A stretch of 64,000 nucleotides of DNA from Eledone cirrhosa (Eukaryota), in assembly GCA_964016885.1 (NCBI GenBank), contig OZ024750.1, positions 17,050,001 through 17,114,000 on the forward strand, read 5' to 3'. The position numbers and the translations under genes were made by a program. Under the pieces are notes generated by a model. It saw nothing but the letters and a program-made list of their open reading frames with translations. It did not search any database and had not been told where the DNA came from. The first letter of the stretch is position 1. Each line of letters opens with the position of its first letter. Below are positions 60,258 to 64,000 of the stretch, in pieces.

Positions 60258-60328
<71 letters not shown>

Positions 60329-60331
<3 letters not shown>

Positions 60332-60513
60332 TAGGTTATTCCGGGTTGAATCGGAGGTAACCACAGTAAGTAAGGTACTCAATACATAGCAGAGTATAAA
60401 AGTTTTAATATAGATGAGATTCTACAGGACTAGAACCGTTTCATTCTTTAGAAATCATGATGATTTCTAAAGAATGAAACAGTCCTAGTCCTGTAGGATC
60501 TCATATATATTAA

Positions 60514-60520
<7 letters not shown>
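60329..60520. mobile_element. CAG-family hairpin element
   Basis: Palindrome centred on aaatcat-g-atgattt, i.e. inside the hammerhead CUGAUGA box. Confidence 0.75.
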
Positions 60521-60576
<56 letters not shown>

Positions 60577-60614
60577 ATAATATAAAATCAAAAGATGGTT
60601 AAAAGAGTTCCATA

Positions 60615-60685
60615 TATTTTATTATGCGCATTTCAAAAACAAATATCATCATGGGATGATATTTGCGTTCTCATCAGATAAAATA
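60615..60685 (-). ncRNA. Type I hammerhead (TGCGCA family) within element 60576-60782
   Basis: tattttat CTGATGA gaacgcaaatatcatc-ccat-gatgatatttgttttt GAAA TGCGCA TA ataaaata. Confidence 0.85.
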
Positions 60686-60875
60686 AGGAGACATGATATG
60701 AAGCTTAAAAAACACTTGCGAGCAAATGTTAAATCAACATTGCATTGCTTTATTGTGCTACAATAAAACTCACCTCCTACATATATATATATATATATAT
60801 AAATATATCCAGTGAATCTCCAACCGATAAGGTATGATTTTCATGGGTATGTCTCTATTTAAAAACTAAACTTTG

Positions 60876-60940
60876 TATTTTATCTGATGAAAGCGTACCA
60901 ATGTTATCTTGGTTGCCCTTGAAATATATATAATAAAATA
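60876..60940 (+). ncRNA. Type I hammerhead (TATATA family)
   Basis: tattttat CTGATGA aagcgtaccaa...ttggttgccctt GAAA TATATA TA ataaaata; perfect 8-bp stem I. Confidence 0.8.
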
Positions 60941-60992
60941 AATATGGTTTTATAAATATAGTTTCCATTTATTTAATATCATGGTATAAACA

Positions 60993-61076
<84 letters not shown>

Positions 61077-61078
61077 AT

Positions 61079-61309
61079 AGTAATAATAATTAATATGAAG
61101 ACTAAAATCCGAAGAGGGCTCGATAAGGATTATATATATATCAAAATATATAAAACCATAGAGCAAATATTTATTAAAATAACAAATTAAACTTTAAGCA
61201 TAGAATCGCTGCTTTCACCTTTAGCGGGATCTTCTGAAACTCAGTTTCAGAAGTTCCCGTTAAAGATGAAAGCAGCGATTCTTTGCTTAAACTTTAATCT
61301 GTTATTTTA

Positions 61310-61316
<7 letters not shown>
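61079..61316. mobile_element. CAGAAGA-family hairpin element
   Basis: Palindrome centred at ctgaaact-c-agtttcag; (TA)n flanks. Confidence 0.75.
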
Positions 61317-61351
<35 letters not shown>

Positions 61352-61634
61352 AAATGTGTGAAAAGCTTGGTACAGTTAAGTATATTTAAACAATTTAATT
61401 AACATTTATAATATTATAATTTTACAATTTTGTTTTGTAGATCTACAAAACCAAATTGTAAAATTATATTATAAAATTAAATTTAATTATTTAGAACCAC
61501 AAGTGAAGTCATTCTTTTCCTTTTTTAAAGATATATGTATGTATATATATATATATCTATATATATATATATAAGTATATACACTCTCAGACACACATAA
61601 ATGTATGTATATAAGAATATATATTGTGTGTATT

Positions 61635-61674
<40 letters not shown>

Positions 61675-62081
61675 GCTCGACATAAAAAGGACAAATGCAG
61701 AGATAAAACTGCACATATTCTTAAACCCTGATGGCTTTGAAAGTTGATACAGCTATGGCTAATTATATAGAACTAACAAGGAAATAGAAAAAATAATCTA
61801 ATAAAGAAAAACAGTTCCTTTCCCTATGTTTAATATATGTTTGTTCCCTGCTCATGCAGTCATACACACACAGACATGCATACATATAATATACATATAA
61901 TACATATAAATATATTTATATATACATACGTATATATATTTATAAATATATATATAAGTATATACGCATATATATATGTATAAATATATAACTATATATG
62001 TGTATATGTATATATATATATAGATATAGATATATAGATATACTTATATTTGTATATATATATATATATATATTTATATAA

Positions 62082-62112
<31 letters not shown>

Positions 62113-62966
62113 TGTATATATACTTATATTTGTATAAATATATATATTTATATAAATATATATATATGTATTTTCATAAATATATATATTTATATACATA
62201 TATATTTATATTTATATATATTTATATTAATACATATATGTATATTCATAAATATATATATTTATATACATATATATTTATATTTATATATATTTATATT
62301 TGTATACATATATATTTATATTAATATATATATGTATATTCATAAATATATATATTTATATACATATATTTATATTTATATATATTTGTATACATACATA
62401 CATATATATATATTTATATTCATATACATATATATTTATATACATATATATATATATATAACATATATATAACATATATATGTATATAACATATATATAT
62501 ATAATATTTGTATTTATGTAGGTGTACATATATATATATATTTATATACACACATGTATGTGTGAGTATTTTTGTATATGCATGTACGTATATGATATTT
62601 TTTTCATTTGAAATGTTATGTAATTTATAGTGATTAATGCTATTATTACTGCATGTATTATCTCATATATCATCTGATATCTATATCTACCATGTATAAT
62701 ATTTCATATCTTCTTTTTCTTCTTGTCACTATATTTATTCTTCCCCTCCCCTTCTTCTCCTCCTCTTTATTATTATTACTATCATTATTACTTCAGTAAG
62801 ATGTAATGATATCGCCATATATTAAATTACTTTAGACATTGGTGTAATAATACAATTATATTACATTACATGGCATAATTATTGGCTCGTTTATTCATTT
62901 ATTCCCGTCCTTCCTTACACACACACACACACACACACATAAATATATATATATATAACTTGACTT

Positions 62967-63041
<75 letters not shown>

Positions 63042-63087
63042 GAAGTCAAGTTACGGTTATAATGAATGACAAACAATAAAAACACAT

Positions 63088-63119
<32 letters not shown>

Positions 63120-63126
63120 GTACGTA

Positions 63127-63173
<47 letters not shown>

Positions 63174-63230
63174 GTATGTACATATATATATATATATATA
63201 TATATACGTATGTACATATAGATATATATA

Positions 63231-63326
<96 letters not shown>

Positions 63327-63428
63327 TATAAAGATATATATATATATATATCTTTATATATATGTATATATACATATATATATATGTGTATATATACATA
63401 TATATACATATATATATATATATATACG

Positions 63429-63494
<66 letters not shown>

Positions 63495-63606
63495 ACATAC
63501 GTTATTCTTTTGTGCTATTCACTATTACCGTAACTTCACTTGCACAATTTGTTATAACAGCAGTTGAGTATACTACTTGTAGTTTTATTGTATCCCTTAT
63601 TGAATA

Positions 63607-63656
<50 letters not shown>

Positions 63657-64000
63657 TATATACATATATATATATATACATATATATATATAACAGCAAC
63701 AACAAAGACTATTGTGGCGACAATTTCAATAACAATATGCAGTAGAGTTATTTATTTGTGTTGGAGTCCTTTTATATTCCTTTCTTTCACATACCCTACC
63801 AATAAATAACATTTATTTCTATAAATCCATGTCTCCATATAACTGGCGCCATTAATATCACAGCTAAAAGTCGAGAGACCTGCTAGAAATGGCTGCTAAA
63901 TTTCCCATGATAGAACTGTTTTATGTAAAGGAGTTTATTCTTGGATAATAATAATACAGACTTGGATATCTTTTTAAAAATATAGATGTGCTGGATGGTG

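Overview
Very AT-rich eukaryotic (animal, probably cephalopod/Octopus-like; inferred from the SINE/LINE repertoire and not verified) intergenic or intronic DNA. No host protein-coding gene can be supported; nearly all ORFs in the track are translations of microsatellites. The window consists of (TA)n/(CA)n/(TATG)n/(GATA)n/(GA)n/(GGT)n tracts, four minisatellite arrays (42, 21, ~39 and ~98-104 bp units), two tRNA-derived SINE families, 3' fragments of RTE-, CR1- and R4/Dong-type LINEs, and mariner/hAT/Tc1/piggyBac-like remnants. The main hidden signal is about 20 type I hammerhead ribozyme motifs from several sequence-distinct families. Most lie in short non-coding elements inserted in (TA)n tracts, usually as hairpins or partly inverted insertions, and resemble Penelope-like element (PLE) pseudo-LTRs. 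Two families carry the compensatory U3-A8 core, one carries an unusual CAGAAGA core, and five families share a TNGAGTRC motif near the 3' junction, four of them with a clear terminal hairpin.
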